A stretch of 64,000 nt of DNA from Negaprion brevirostris (Eukaryota). The stretch spans positions 11,732,910 through 11,796,909 of the forward strand of contig JARDVH010000149.1 of the NCBI GenBank assembly GCA_030324005.1. Direction: 5' to 3'. Made by a program: the position numbers and the translations under genes. The notes under the pieces were generated by a model that saw only the letters and a list, made by a program, of their open reading frames with translations, did not search any database and was not told where the DNA came from. Positions 24,629-37,120 of this stretch are shown here, piece by piece (position 1 is the first letter of the stretch; each line of letters opens with the position of its first letter).

Positions 24629-27118
24629 AGACATGTCGAAGCCTGTTGGAGTGCCAAAAATTTTCAGAGCCCTTGGCCATCCTCTAATTTTGGATAGGAA
24701 GATGGGACTTCTTGTGGGGTAGACTCAATTATGAATTATGTCAAGGCAAAAGATAGAAGAAAATAGAAAACAGCAACCTTCACAACGTCCTCCTGTTAAA
24801 GCAACCTTTCTAATTTGTAACCAACGCTGTTGAGAAGGCAACCAAACCGTTGTCGCCAGATTCTTCGATCAAGCAATAAAAACCCCACCAGAAAATGGAG
24901 TCCACTATGGACAGGTAACTAAATTCTCATTTTTCTTCAGCAGGTGTAGCATCCCAAAGCTAATTTGAAATCCCACTCATGTCTATCCCTCCTTCCACAA
25001 TGTACTAACTCCCAGGAGAATAGTTATTAGTTATTTAGGCAATTGAAAAACCAATGGTCGCATGGCAGCTATGATCAGCGCTATCTCCTGAGGCAAGGTG
25101 ACACAAGGAAACCTCAGTTAGATTAATGAGCAGTGGGCTCACCTTAGGAGTGCTGTCATTATCCCCCAATCATAGTTGGTTAACCGTCACTAAACTGTGC
25201 TTTTACCATAAGGTTTGGCACAACTGTTAAGACTCTGCAATCCAATCATGGTTGGCACAGGCCCTTTAACACACAAGCATATGGTCTCGAGCAACTTTTA
25301 GACAACACTGTCTAGCTGTTGCTGTGCCAAGCCTCAGTTTTGTCAGCAACGTGGCAGGCATCAGCTTTCAGCAAAGTGGAAGAATCCATACAGAACAGCT
25401 TGCTTTGTGTCAAGTACTATGATGTTTCAGATTCCAAATCCTTGTTGCACACCAGACTAACTTGTCACTAGTTGCTTAATCTAAGTCTCTACTCAAAGTA
25501 TCTCGTAAAGAGACGTGTTCATCATGAGACTTACTCCCTCTCCACAGTATCAAACCACAGGTCAATGTCTTTCATCAAACTTACCTTGTTCAATTTATCT
25601 ACTTTGCTCTGAATGTCTTCAGTCATTTTCTTAGTTTTCGACTTCCTACCAATCTTTCAAAGTTTCTTCGTTGTAACTATTTTATTGCTGTTTTTCATTT
25701 ACTTTATTTGCTGCCACCATTTCTCTCCAAGTTCATTTTCATGCACAATTTCAAAGCATGTTAAATAAGCTGACTGCTGTGGACAGTGGGAGGCTATTTA
25801 GACTCAGTTTTGAGGTAACTTTGATTCCACATAAAAATGTCATTAAAGACCTACTAAGTGGGTGGAGATTTGCAAATTCAGAAGATGATCCATGGGTGCA
25901 GACTTTTCATGTCTTTACACCTTGCAATAACCCAGAAAATAACAAATTTTAAAAACTTTTTATGCATTTTAAGAAATGAAATTAATTTTGCTGCTGCAAG
26001 AGAGAAAATTTGTGATCTGGTAAAACAAATTCTTGGACATCATTTTTTTTGAGAGGACTTCACAATTTTCTAGTTACACTTAAAGACTGAGGTCACTACC
26101 ATTCTCACCATAATTACTCACTTCCCTCCTCAGGTTCAGAATGACTGGCTGTGCAGATCCGATGCATTTTTATTTCTGATTGCCAGCTTGAATGTTTTTC
26201 TCTTAACTTCAAAAGAGCTGCTTAATTTCGTGATGGTGACAAGTGAACATGGCTGAGACTGAGGCACAGGAACTAAGCTCAGCTGAAAAACATTACTATA
26301 TAATTTGCACGTATTTTAAGCCGCATACAACTATGGCAACAGATGCAGATGTAACCCTGCAGCTTTATTTATAGCAGACTCTGTTGGTGCACCAGAAGTA
26401 AACTCAATCTGCACACTGCATTTACTGAAAATGCTCTAGTTGATGTTAGAGCTCTGGTTAGGATTACTTTTTACTGTTGATTAATTTAACAATGGCTCAG
26501 TTCATCATTTAGGGAACTCTGTGTTTCTTAAAGTGAAGGATGACAGCATGAAACCTTCTTTCACCCCACTGCAATCAGTGACAATATTAGCCATTCTCAA
26601 CTGCTGTTTACAATGGACACTAGTCAAGTCCCTGATCATTTGCATCAATGCATCCTTCATTTCACCTGACATTTCCATCAGCTAGCCAAAGGGATGCAGC
26701 ATATAGTAAATTATCCATTCATTTCCAAAGCGTTTCTTTTTTTAAAGTAANNNNNNNNNNNNNNNNNNNNNNNNNNNNNNNNNNNNNNNNNNNNNNNNNN
26801 NNNNNNNNNNNNNNNNNNNNNNNNNNNNNNNNNNNNNNNNNNNNNNNNNNAAAGTAAAAATCTAGTTTCTTAATTGAAATATACATGAAGCTATGCATTC
26901 ATGAAGTGCCATACAAATATGATACTCTGCCAGCCACATAATGTTCGGATGACAACATATACCTAAATATAGTTTACTGCTGCCCTAAAGGCATTTTGCT
27001 CAACTTTCTGGACAAGCCTGTCATTGCAAGGACTGGAGCTGGACATTTTGCTGTATACTCATTTGCTAAATTGCATTAAAGTACAAAAAGGGCCTGCAGG
27101 GGACAGGAAGGGCCTTAC

Positions 27119-27220
27119 CTCTGAAGTCTGCTTCTGCCATTCCAACCTACGGATGGGTGCAGAGTCTAATGCGGATAATATAGCCAGGTATGAATTAAAA
27201 TTATTCAGTTTGCGTAAGTG
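27119..27220 (-). CDS. RAPGEF1: RAPGEF1 CDC25-domain exon
   Basis: AG/GTAAGG sites, 102 nt. HLRKLNNFNSYLAILSALDSAPIRRLEWQKQTSE. Confidence 0.96.
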
Positions 27221-27558
27221 CTGAAAGGAAAAAGAATGAATTTCACCACTTGCTGCAAGGATTTGAAAGCTGCACGGCTAAATGAATATTTCTGTGAAGA
27301 ACAGACTTCATTCCCTGCCCCACCCACCCCCCGAATATTTTCCTTCCTCTCCATGCAAGAGAAACCCAGTCTGATTTGTGTCATGTTCTCCATCTAGGTG
27401 GAAACTTGCATTCATATCAATTATTTACATTTCACAGTGAAATAAGTCAGAGTCAACATACATAAGAAAGACAGAAAGTTCCCTCTGCGCACATTTAATT
27501 CACATGCATATAATTGCACTATGTTTCAGATTAGCTCTTCAACAGCCACACAGCCCAA

Positions 27559-27845
27559 GTGGCAAGGGTGGCACAGTGGTTAGCACTGCTGCCCCACATA
27601 GCCAAGGTCCCGGGTTCAATTCTCAGCTTGGGTCACTGTCTGTGTGGAGTCTGCACATTCTCCCCGTCTTCAGGTGCTCTGGTGTCCTCCCGCAATCTGA
27701 AATCATGATTAGGTGCATTGGCTATGCTAAATTCTCCCTCAGTGTACCAGCACAGGCGCCAGAGTGTGGCGACTAGGGGATTTTCACAGTAACTTCATTG
27801 AAGTGTTAATGTAAGCCTACTAGTGACGAATAAATAAACTTTAAA
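27559..27845 (+). mobile_element. V-SINE, short-tail subfamily
   Basis: Same head, body and tail as the copy at 24314. Confidence 0.88.
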
Positions 27846-27963
27846 GCATGCTGATATATACAGTCATGTGTGTAAATAGAGTCCTGCAATTCAGTATTAA
27901 TGATCTTAACAGCAGTAGGTTGTTAGAATGAATATGGTTTAGCAGTTGTACCAGTTTACAGAC

Positions 27964-28042
27964 CTTCATGATCTTGATGAACTTTAGGAGCAACCGTTCC
28001 CGATCTTGTGCTTTCTCCTGTTGAATAATTATTGACCGCACC
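27964..28042 (-). CDS. RAPGEF1: RAPGEF1 CDC25-domain exon
   Basis: AG acceptor and weak GTCTGT donor, 79 nt. VRSIIIQQEKAQDRERLLLKFIKIMK. Confidence 0.94.
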
Positions 28043-29446
28043 CTGAGAGACACCAAGAGAATTTAACAAATTAAAATCCATCATAATTCAGGATAGAGTA
28101 ACAATCAACTTGTAACTGCTTTAATCGGCTTTAAGGTTGCATTCAGAGGTAGGGGTGAGTTACGCTATAGAGAAGGCGGACCTGGTGATACCTCAAATAG
28201 CCAATCTCAACTGCTAGCATACAAAGATTGACCCTCAAATGATGTGGTGGTAGTGGTGGAGGAGGAGTCTAGATGATACGGGGGTGAAGAAAAGAAAAGC
28301 TCTTCCAAATACCATCAAGGGACTCTTGAAGGGAAATGCCCACCCAACTACACCAGGTGAAGACAGACAAGGGTCAGCTGTGATGTCTTCTAGCCACACC
28401 ACCTTGTGATACTCGATGATGAATAGTCATTTGGCTGAGCAGTTGGCATCCATGAAATTGCAGTTCAACAAAGTTAAGTCTTTTCAGAATAAAACTAGGG
28501 GAGAGGAAAAATAGCTTTGGTAAGCGAGCAAGTGCTGTAGAGTGAGCAACACATGGCTTCGTTGTCACAGTTCTCCATTAGAATAAATTCTCGATGCTAA
28601 ACATCCTGCTTTAGGATGCTAATGATTTGAATGCCAGACGTTTCCTTCCATATCTCTGGAATCCCTCCATCTCTCTTCACACACAAATTTCTTCGTCTGA
28701 AGATCCATCTCACCACTGTGAACCCATATTTCAAGTTGAGATGCCCTTACAGATGACATCCGTGTGGTTCATGACATTTTTCTAGTGCGAAATGTGAACA
28801 TTGCAATATTCAGTTCATAGTCAACTGCAGTGATTTGAAAATAATGGGGATGGCAAGGAGTGCCAGGTTCGAAAAGAAGATGACATGTTGAACTTTCAGG
28901 AACAAAGTCACAAAGCTCATAAAAGATGACTATGATCATTTTTTGGATTTTTGTTGAAATTGAAAGCATAAATTTTCACGCCAATCATTTTAATTCCACC
29001 ATTCGGTGAACTGCCAATTGAATCTGGCAATCTTCTAAATCCCCTTCAAAAATATTAAAATCCAACTACTTCTGACAATAAACAATACTGTTTTCACAAG
29101 TTAAGCATGGAAGTCATGTGAATATTTATCTCCAAAGTATTCTGGAAGTTTCCAACTGTTACTGTATATTAAGGGTCACCTCCAATGCCGCTTTAATTTG
29201 ACAATGGCACTTAAATGCAGCATATCTGCCTGTTGAAAGTTCAAACACCAAGCAGAAATGGTTAATGACAACACCGAGCAAGGTAACTTCCTGCACTGCA
29301 CTCTTTTTGAACTGGCTTTAAGGCTACAGGGCTCAGTAGATTATTACACTACAAAACACTTCAACAAAGTCACTGCTCAATTGTCTTCAAGAAAATCACT
29401 GGTTCAGACTGTTCTGATATTTAGAGAAATAATGCCTCATCCTCAC

Positions 29447-29541
29447 CAATAGGACATGTTGTTGAAGTGCTCTGTAAACTCTGTTAGGTTTGGACTCTTC
29501 TCTTCATTCTGTTCTTTGGCCCAGAGTAAAACCTCAGGGAT
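29447..29541 (-). CDS. RAPGEF1: RAPGEF1 CDC25-domain exon
   Basis: AG/GTGAGG sites, 95 nt. IPEVLLWAKEQNEEKSPNLTEFTEHFNNMSY(W). Confidence 0.96.
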
Positions 29542-29728
29542 CTGTCATTAAAATGATAGAAAAAGGAGATGAAGAAAGCCAAGCAATTTGCGAAATTTGC
29601 AACATACTTATTAGATCAGTAGCATGAAGTACCCTTGGTTCCAAAAATATGGCACAAAAGATCTACTAATGGAATCTTTCATAATTTCCTTTCTGGGTGC
29701 CTCCCACTCAAAGTGCTTTGACAGACGA

Positions 29729-30008
29729 TTAAAGCTTCATTTATTAGTGTCACAAGTTGTATTACATTAACACTGCAATGAAGTTACTGTGAAAATCCCC
29801 TACTCGCCACAGTGGCACCTGTTCGGGTACACTGAAGGAGAATTTAGCATAGCCAATCTAACTGAAATCAGAGCACCCGGAGGAAACCCACACAGACACA
29901 GGGAGAACTTGTAGACTCCACACAGACAGTTGCCCAAGTCGGGAATCGAACCTGAGTCCTTGATGCTTTGAGGCAGCAGTGCTAACCACTGCGCCACCGT
30001 GCTACCCC
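29729..30008 (-). mobile_element. V-SINE, short-tail subfamily
   Basis: Reverse complement of the same family. Confidence 0.88.
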
Positions 30009-30337
30009 TCTTGGCAAACTATCAGTATCAATTACATTCACGAGTCAATTGTTTGGAGCTATTTGTAGAAGCAGAGACTGCTGCTTGTTGTTCACTTGTC
30101 TGTCTGCAGGTATCTATTATGACTCGTTTCTGTTGATCAGATCTGATTCTTCTACTCAACTGAATCCTTGATTTGCAATTATCTCAAACAGGCTTGCTGT
30201 ATCTTTANNNNNNNNNNNNNNNNNNNNNNNNNNGTTCTCTGCTTTACTTGACAGCTGATCACATGTCAACACAACCCACGAAATGTACTGATGATCTGCT
30301 AAGACTGTCAGAGAAATATTTCCTTTCTCATACTGAC

Positions 30338-30422
30338 CTCTATTTTGTAGAACAGCTCAGCATCCAACAGGGTCAACTGCTCAGCAATCTCGTGACTATG
30401 AAAGTCATGAAGGGTTCCAGGC
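30338..30422 (-). CDS. RAPGEF1: RAPGEF1 exon, start of CDC25 domain
   Basis: AG/GTCAGT sites, 85 nt. PGTLHDFHSHEIAEQLTLLDAELFYKIE. Confidence 0.96.
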
Positions 30423-30683
30423 CTGCATGAGGAACAAAAAGGCATTAACCCAGGGTTACAGGAAGTCAAAGGGACAAAACAGATTCTGGTTTCATTCACC
30501 AGGTTTCCCCCATTTCCTCCCCCAACAAAAATACTTATGCCACCAGTTTCCATTTGGTTATTTCATTTTTGCTAATCAGCACTTTCAATAATTTATAAAT
30601 ATACACCTCATTTGTGAGTTTTTACAGACATAAGCCTCCACAAATTAACACATTTTACACTCCTTGCTTAACATGTACAAATA

Positions 30684-30980
30684 GGGCAGCACGCTGGCAC
30701 AGTGGTCAGCACAGTTGCCTCACTGCACCAGAGACCTGGGCTCAATTCCCTGCTTGGGTCACTGTCTGGGTAGAGTTTGCAAGTTCTTCCTGTGTCTACA
30801 AGGGTTTCCTCCGGATGATCCGGTTTCCTCCCACAGTTGTGCGGGTTAGGTGCACTGGCCATGCTAAATTTTCCCTCAGTGTACCCAAGCAGACACCACA
30901 GTGTGGCGACTAGGGGATTTTCACAGTAACTTCATCAGTATTAATGTAAGCCTACTTGTGACACTAATAAATAAAAAAAA
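30684..30980 (+). mobile_element. V-SINE, short-tail subfamily
   Basis: Same family; ends acactaataaataaaaaaaa. Confidence 0.88.
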
Positions 30981-31070
30981 TGTAATTACTTTTGTTCTCA
31001 GTATTGACAATTTTACAACTTGCTTCAGTATAATGCAGAATTTTTTTAATAGTCTGCCCGCAACTCTTAC

Positions 31071-31256
31071 CTAGCTGCTACCCCTCGTGCAGCCAACGGC
31101 TTCATCAGACTAGCATATTTCACAGTTTTCTTCTGATTTACTTTATCCAAAATATTTTTTCGCAGAACTCGGGCCAGGCTCAGCTCACCACTACACACTA
31201 AACGGAACACAAGTTCCATCAGCAACTTCAGGATGTCATCTGATAGTTCCACCAAA
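31071..31256 (-). CDS. RAPGEF1: RAPGEF1 REM-domain exon
   Basis: AG/GTAAGA sites, 186 nt. LVELSDDILKLLMELVFRLVCSGELSLARVLRKNILDK...PLAARGVAA(R). Confidence 0.96.
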
Positions 31257-32077
31257 CTGGAAAAGGAAGCATCAACAAGGAACTGATCCGATGGCAGTCA
31301 AGTATAGCAAAAACACCACTGCAGTTCAGTAGAGCAAAGTTCATGCAATTGGCAACGTAGTTCAGGTCATTTTGAATACTTGCCAAGCTTCAACACAGCT
31401 GGAAAGCAGACTTCTGAAAAAATGTACAGGAAAGTTAAATGGAAATGTATTATTAAATATTTTAAAAAGCAGTGCAGGGATACTTTCACATTATAAATTT
31501 GATATTCCAATAACTAAAGCGCAATGTAAATCACAAGTTGCCATGCAATCGTGTGCTCACCTATCACAGCTGTGAATTGGAGATGCTCATTGTCATTTAA
31601 TGTCATGAACACACACATTGTTGAGGTTTATGCTCCAATTACTCACCATTTCCTGAGCTAGTTTTGCATCTTTCTTCCAAGATAAATGGTAATAATTTCC
31701 CACATTGAAACAGTGACTACACTTCAAAGGCACTGCATTAGCTGTAAAATGCTTTGGGATGGCCATGTTGAGGTCATGAAAAGTACCATATCAATGCATA
31801 TCTTTCTTACGTAAATAAAAATTTTCACTATGATAAACTTAAAAGGGCAATGGGGTATAGGGTGTGAATTACAGACCTCATTCGAGCTCCTCTGGAGTTA
31901 CTTTCTCCTCCTAATCTCATTTCTCTAATTCTCCCTGTACTTTTGCTGACAGAAATCTTTCAAATCAGAATAACTACTTGCTACCAACCTGTGCCAGCTA
32001 TTAACCTGTGACCAGGGCAAAGCGAACTAAACAAAGGAAAAAATAATTAAATTGGGGAGGAAACGTTACATATTTTA

Positions 32078-32383
32078 GGGCGACACGGTGGCATAGTGGT
32101 TAGAACTGCTGCCTCACAAAGCCAGGGGCCCGGTTTCGATTCCCGGCTTGGATCACTGTCTTTGTGGAGTTTGCATGTTCTCCTTGTGTCTGTGTGGGTT
32201 TCCACTGGCTGCTCCGATTTCCTCCCACAGTCCAAAGATGTGTGGGTTAGGTTGATTGGCTGTGCTAAGTAAGCAAGGTAAATATGAGGGGTTGTGTGAG
32301 TAAGACCTGGGTGGGATTGTAGTTGGTACAGACGCGATGGGCCGAATAGTCTCTTTCTGCACTGTAGGATTCTATGATTTCTG
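32078..32383 (+). mobile_element. HE1-like V-SINE, CR1-type tail
   Basis: Head ggtggcatagtggttag; tail gatgggccgaatagtctctttctgcactgtaggattctatgatt. Confidence 0.88.
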
Positions 32384-33645
32384 TTAGTATTACAGTTTTT
32401 ATGTCATCCGTACTTGCACCTTGACATCACCAGATAGAATGGGGTTTACTGAACCATACGTCTAACTAAACTATCAAAAAACATATTTTTCTTCAATCTA
32501 TTCCTTCTACAGCCCATGCATGACAACGTCTATCATGTTATTTACCCCACATCATCTTCTGAATGCATAATCTCCTCCATCCACAAATGTATTCATGTAA
32601 AATTGCTCCCTGGTGTAGGCTCTACACATTTTCCAAATTCTGCAGATTAGGTTTTTGGTGAATGTAATCTATGAAGTATACATGCATCAAAACTATAAAT
32701 GACATTCAGTATATGGAGGTTAAAGCTATTTACCGAGAGACAGGATCATGTTCTATGCCACTCAATGTAGCCTAAGGTATTACATTAGGAACCACCACAA
32801 GTGTTTAACTGCTCTTACATAATTCATTCAAACACCCATAAGTTGGCACTCAATGCATTTAATTCATGAATGCAAATTTCAGTGGAGCTGGTGACATGAA
32901 CACTTTGGAATGTGGAAGAGGGTGTGAGGAACTCATCCTACTATTTTATGATGAAACACATTGCAGGTCCAAAGCAAACACCATTTCCCCTCTTTGAAGT
33001 ATTTTGATCATGTATGTAAAGGTCCATCAGGCACATAGGGACCTCTCACTAAGAGCAACTATCTACTCCGAGGTTGTATAACTCGACAACTCGAATGGTG
33101 GTACCCTGAAATGATGATCTGCGCATTTGTTTATTTCAAGATGGCACAATGATGGCCAACATGCTACATCAGATCCGTTCCTGACACCAACAGCACTAAG
33201 CAAGGCTGGGATTGGCTCCAGCTCTTTTTGCCATTTATTGTGCCATGCTCCAAGTGCACACAAAGAATTTAGCGCACGAGTACACATTCAATTCAGGACA
33301 GACTTCAACCTGCAAAGGTTCAGTGTTTGTACAAAAGGTAACTGAGCAACTATTTTGTAACTCTTGGTCGTGGACAATTGCGCTCTCTTTGCGCATATTC
33401 CAGCGGACATTCAGCTGCTTATTGATCGCTCTGCCCTAGCCACTTGGTCTGACAGCAAGACTGTATGCGATAGAAATCTTGCACCAAACAGAAACTCTGA
33501 CATCAGAATAACTCCCTCATACCAAAGATTAACAATCTTAATTGCAGTAATAAATTGATTTTATTGAAAAGTTTAATTTCTATTTTAAAAAAATGAAACC
33601 CAAAAATAGGTCAGGGGCTTACAAGATCTTCTTCCAAAGAAACAA

Positions 33646-33764
33646 GGCAGGAACTTCCGGTCATACTCGTCCCGGAAAATCTCGCCCGAGGTCAGCGGAC
33701 CTTTGCATGGCCCGTGTTCCACCCGCTATAATTCCCAAGGTGGACAGGAGAATAAAATTCCCCC
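33646..33764. mobile_element. Short GC/CpG-rich MITE-like insert
   Basis: About 120 nt, GC-rich against an AT-rich background, with imperfect inverted ends (ggaactt.../...aaaattcc) and an internal ttccgg...ccggaa repeat. Confidence 0.45.
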
Positions 33765-34212
33765 AGAGTGTTGAGAAATTTCAGAATCTCCAAATATGAT
33801 GAGAATAATGGAATAAGTATAGTTCCTCAATTAATTAGCCTGACAAATACACTTACTGTGAATAGGCAGTGGGACCATAAAATTAAGTGGCATAGAGGAG
33901 AGAAGAGAGAACAAGGGGCAATGGTAGGCAGCTCATTAAAACCAACCCCTTTGCCCCAAGAAGTAGAGGAAATAAACAGGTTTACCACTTGGAATTCATC
34001 AACAAACATCAACAATGAAGTGTCTCAAATATAAAACTTCCCATGGTATTTCACAGGTGCATTAAAATGCAAAAATAGGCAAGCATAAAAGGGGATATTA
34101 GGACAGGTGGCTTAAAGCTTGGTCAAAGAGGTGGGTTTTAAGGAGCTTCATAATGGAGGAAAGCATAACTTCCAATGTTGGAGCAATTAAAAATGGTGAT
34201 GCTCAAGAGAAC

Positions 34213-34380
34213 AAGAAGTCTCACAACACCAGGTTAAAGTCCAACAGGTTTATTTGGTAGCAAAAGCTTTCGGAGCGCCGCTCCTTCATCAGGTAAGTGA
34301 GAGCTCTGTTCACAAACGGGATAAAAAGACACAAACTCAATTTACAAAATAATGGTTGGAATGCGAGTCTTTACAGGTAA
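34213..34380 (-). mobile_element. Penelope-like element end running into a gap
   Basis: Reverse of the 9428 copy. Minus strand reads CTGATGAAGGAGCggcGCTCCGAAAGCT at about 34292-34265. Confidence 0.78.
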
Positions 34381-35515
34381 NNNNNNNNNNNNNNNNNNNN
34401 NNNNNNNNNNNNNNNNNNNNNNNNNNNNNNNNNNNNNNNNNNNNNNNNNNNNNNNNNNNNNNNNNNNNNNNNNNNNNNNNNNNNNNNNNNNNNNNNNNNN
34501 NNNNNNNNNNNNNNNNNNNNNNNNNNNNNNNNNNNNNNNNNNNNNNNNNNNNNNNNNNNNNNNNNNNNNNNNNNNNNNNNNNNNNNNNNNNNNNNNNNNN
34601 NNNNNNNNNNNNNNNNNNNNNNNNNNNNNNNNNNNNNNNNNNNNNNNNNNNNNNNNNNNNNNNNNNNNNNNNNNNNNNNNNNNNNNNNNNNNNNNNNNNN
34701 NNNNNNNNNNNNNNNNNNNNNNNNNNNNNNNNNNNNNNNNNNNNNNNNNNNNNNNNNNNNNNNNNNNNNNNNNNNNNNNNNNNNNNNNNNNNNNNNNNNN
34801 NNNNNNNNNNNNNNNNNNNNNNNNNNNNNNNNNNNNNNNNNNNNNNNNNNNNNNNNNNNNNNNNNNNNNNNNNNNNNNNNNNNNNNNNNNNNNNNNNNNN
34901 NNNNNNNNNNNNNNNNNNNNNNNNNNNNNNNNNNNNNNNNNNNNNNNNNNNNNNNNNNNNNNNNNNNNNNNNNNNNNNNNNNNNNNNNNNNNNNNNNNNN
35001 NNNNNNNNNNNNNNNNNNNNNNNNNNNNNNNNNNNNNNNNNNNNNNNNNNNNNNNNNNNNNNNNNNNNNNNNNNNNNNNNNNNNNNNNNNNNNNNNNNNN
35101 NNNNNNNNNNNNNNNNNNNNNNNNNNNNNNNNNNNNNNNNNNNNNNNNNNNNNNNNNNNNNGAATATTGGATCACCCGCAGCGCAAGTTGAGACGATTTA
35201 TTTTTTGAGGGTGGGTGGGTAAGTGCAATATTTAGAAGGGGTGCATATTTTCTACTGGGAATGTTATGAAGTTTTCATATTAAAGAAATTTAATGTGATA
35301 GAGATTATTGCTACTGATACATTTTATTATTTTAACTACTTTAGGCTTACGACAACAAATCCAAGTACTTTTCATCCTCATTTTAAAATACAACTTCTCT
35401 TGCACCATTATTAAAACATGAGAAACGTAATACCTGGGAGCCAATAGATTTTTAAAAATCAGTGAGTAAAAATCACCTGGAATATTAATATATAGTGATT
35501 GTCAACATTACTCAC

Positions 35516-35608
35516 CAGAGCTCATCCACCACACGCACCAATACGAAGAATGTATTCTTGCTCACCCGTTTTTTGAAAGTTTCTGGGCAGTGGCAAAATT
35601 TCTCATAA
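35516..35608 (-). CDS. RAPGEF1: RAPGEF1 REM-domain exon (follows an AT-AC intron)
   Basis: 93 nt. YEKFCHCPETFKKRVSKNTFFVLVRVVDEL(C). The acceptor is AC, preceded by TTCCTTAAC; the donor is GTGAGT. Confidence 0.93.
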
Positions 35609-36401
35609 GTGGTTATTAGTTAAGGAAAATAAACAATGTCAATTGTTGTATACTGAAAAAAAAGGCCCACAGATTTCTTTACATCGCTTGTCATTCCACT
35701 TTACAAAGGGCATGAAGACCCACAGGGAAGAGGTGATTTTGAGTCTGCTGCTTCAGCTGCAACCCCATGTGGTCTTGCAAGCGAGCTCATGAACTCTCAA
35801 TGAGAGCTAGGCTAAATGAACCACTGAGGTTCAAAGTCTACCATCTGATCCACAAGATAGTAATGTATTTTGTTTTCTTTTCAACGTAAAGCTCACCTCT
35901 CCTTCACTTTTCAAAAACACCAAACATGTGTAAATCTAAAAACTTTTCAATATATGCAAAATGGACAAAATTGGTCACCTGGCAGCCCAAACAGCGAGGT
36001 GCTTTAACTCACTAATCTGTGGATAGGAATTTATGCTGCAGAATTAGCTAGACTTCAAGTCATAAGTCATACTTAAAGAAAAAGGATTGTGAATAGGCAA
36101 AACCTGGATCATACTGACGCTGCTACTCAGTGTTCTGATTGCCTCTATTGTCTAAGGATAAACCAACCCAATGGCTGAAAAGGCCTTCCCGATGCAAGGA
36201 GCACATAAACTACCGAAGAGCTGTTGAAAAAGTGTGGGGGAAGGCTGGAGAACAGAAATTAAGAATAATTAGAGGTACAGCGCCACATATCAGCTCCTCA
36301 ATCCCATTGTTGCTTCTTGTGCACATTATCGATGTGTCTCATTGACCTGTCCTTGCGTACCAAGCTACAGCCAGCAATCTGGCATAATCACTAAAAGATA
36401 T
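35609..36401 (-). other. RAPGEF1: U12-type (minor spliceosome) AT-AC intron, 793 nt
   Basis: 5' end ATATCTTT at 36401-36394, branch site TTCCTTAAC at 35627-35619, terminal AC at 35610-35609. Splicing joins CG+T (Arg) and restores ...KKLHYR|YEKF..., collinear with C3G. Confidence 0.92.
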
Positions 36402-36486
36402 CGATAATGCAGTTTCTTGATGATCTCCTCAGGAGGAATGAATGTCCGGTAAGTGGTCAGGAATGCCTCACAGTAAAGGACCAGAT
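36402..36486 (-). CDS. RAPGEF1: RAPGEF1 REM-domain exon (precedes the AT-AC intron)
   Basis: ttccAG acceptor, 85 nt. (D)LVLYCEAFLTTYRTFIPPEEIIKKLHY(R). Confidence 0.94.
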
Positions 36487-37044
36487 CTGGAAGGCAAGAC
36501 ACGCAAGTGGAAGTAAGATCCAGAATGTTGATGAATTCCAGATATATTGTCCAACGCTCCTCAAGGTTAGAACTAATCTAAAAATTACACTTTTCCCAAA
36601 GCACGGTGTTGATAGCTATGTAGGATCTGTTTTGACTTGCTTTGCCACTGCTCCAAAGATCAAACCCAGGCTATCTACCAACAGCTCAGTTATATTGTGG
36701 ACCCAAGAAATGTTACATCTCGAAGTATGCAACAACTTGGGTAAATCTAACAGAAATACACAATCAGGATCAAGGACTGTGAAAAACAAATACTTGTGAT
36801 CTTAAACAGCCTAACTTTGGCTTACAAAGAAATTAATACAGCATTAACTAAAATCAAAAATTAAAAACCAGACAATTTGTATTCAATGCTCAAAATGTAC
36901 AAACATTACAACTTTTCAATAAGACAACCAAAAATTAATTAACTCTGATTTCTACAAAAGGAAGGCAGATCTAAAAACCTGCAAAGAACTTCACTCTTCT
37001 GGAAGTCATTGCAGTAATATTGTGCATATAGCTAAAGCCCTTAC

Positions 37045-37120
37045 CTTTACGATCTGTTTCAGTTGCATGCACAATTAGAATATCTACAGAGCCTCCTCGC
37101 ACCTCTGGGCCATCCTCTCC
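37045..37120 (-). CDS. RAPGEF1: RAPGEF1 REM-domain exon
   Basis: AG/GTAAGG sites, 76 nt. GEDGPEVRGGSVDILIVHATETDRK. Confidence 0.95.

Noticed and set aside
33060-33480. Mildly CpG-richer intronic stretch, possible enhancer or ncRNA
   Set aside because: No motif, structure or splice signal I can support without alignments.
34342-35222. Long ORFs of 277-288 aa (similar ones at 11.2, 14.8 and 40.0 kb)
   Set aside because: Made almost entirely of N-gap codons; artefacts.
36407-36799. 130-aa + strand ORF
   Set aside because: Antisense shadow of a RAPGEF1 exon plus intron; no recognisable protein.
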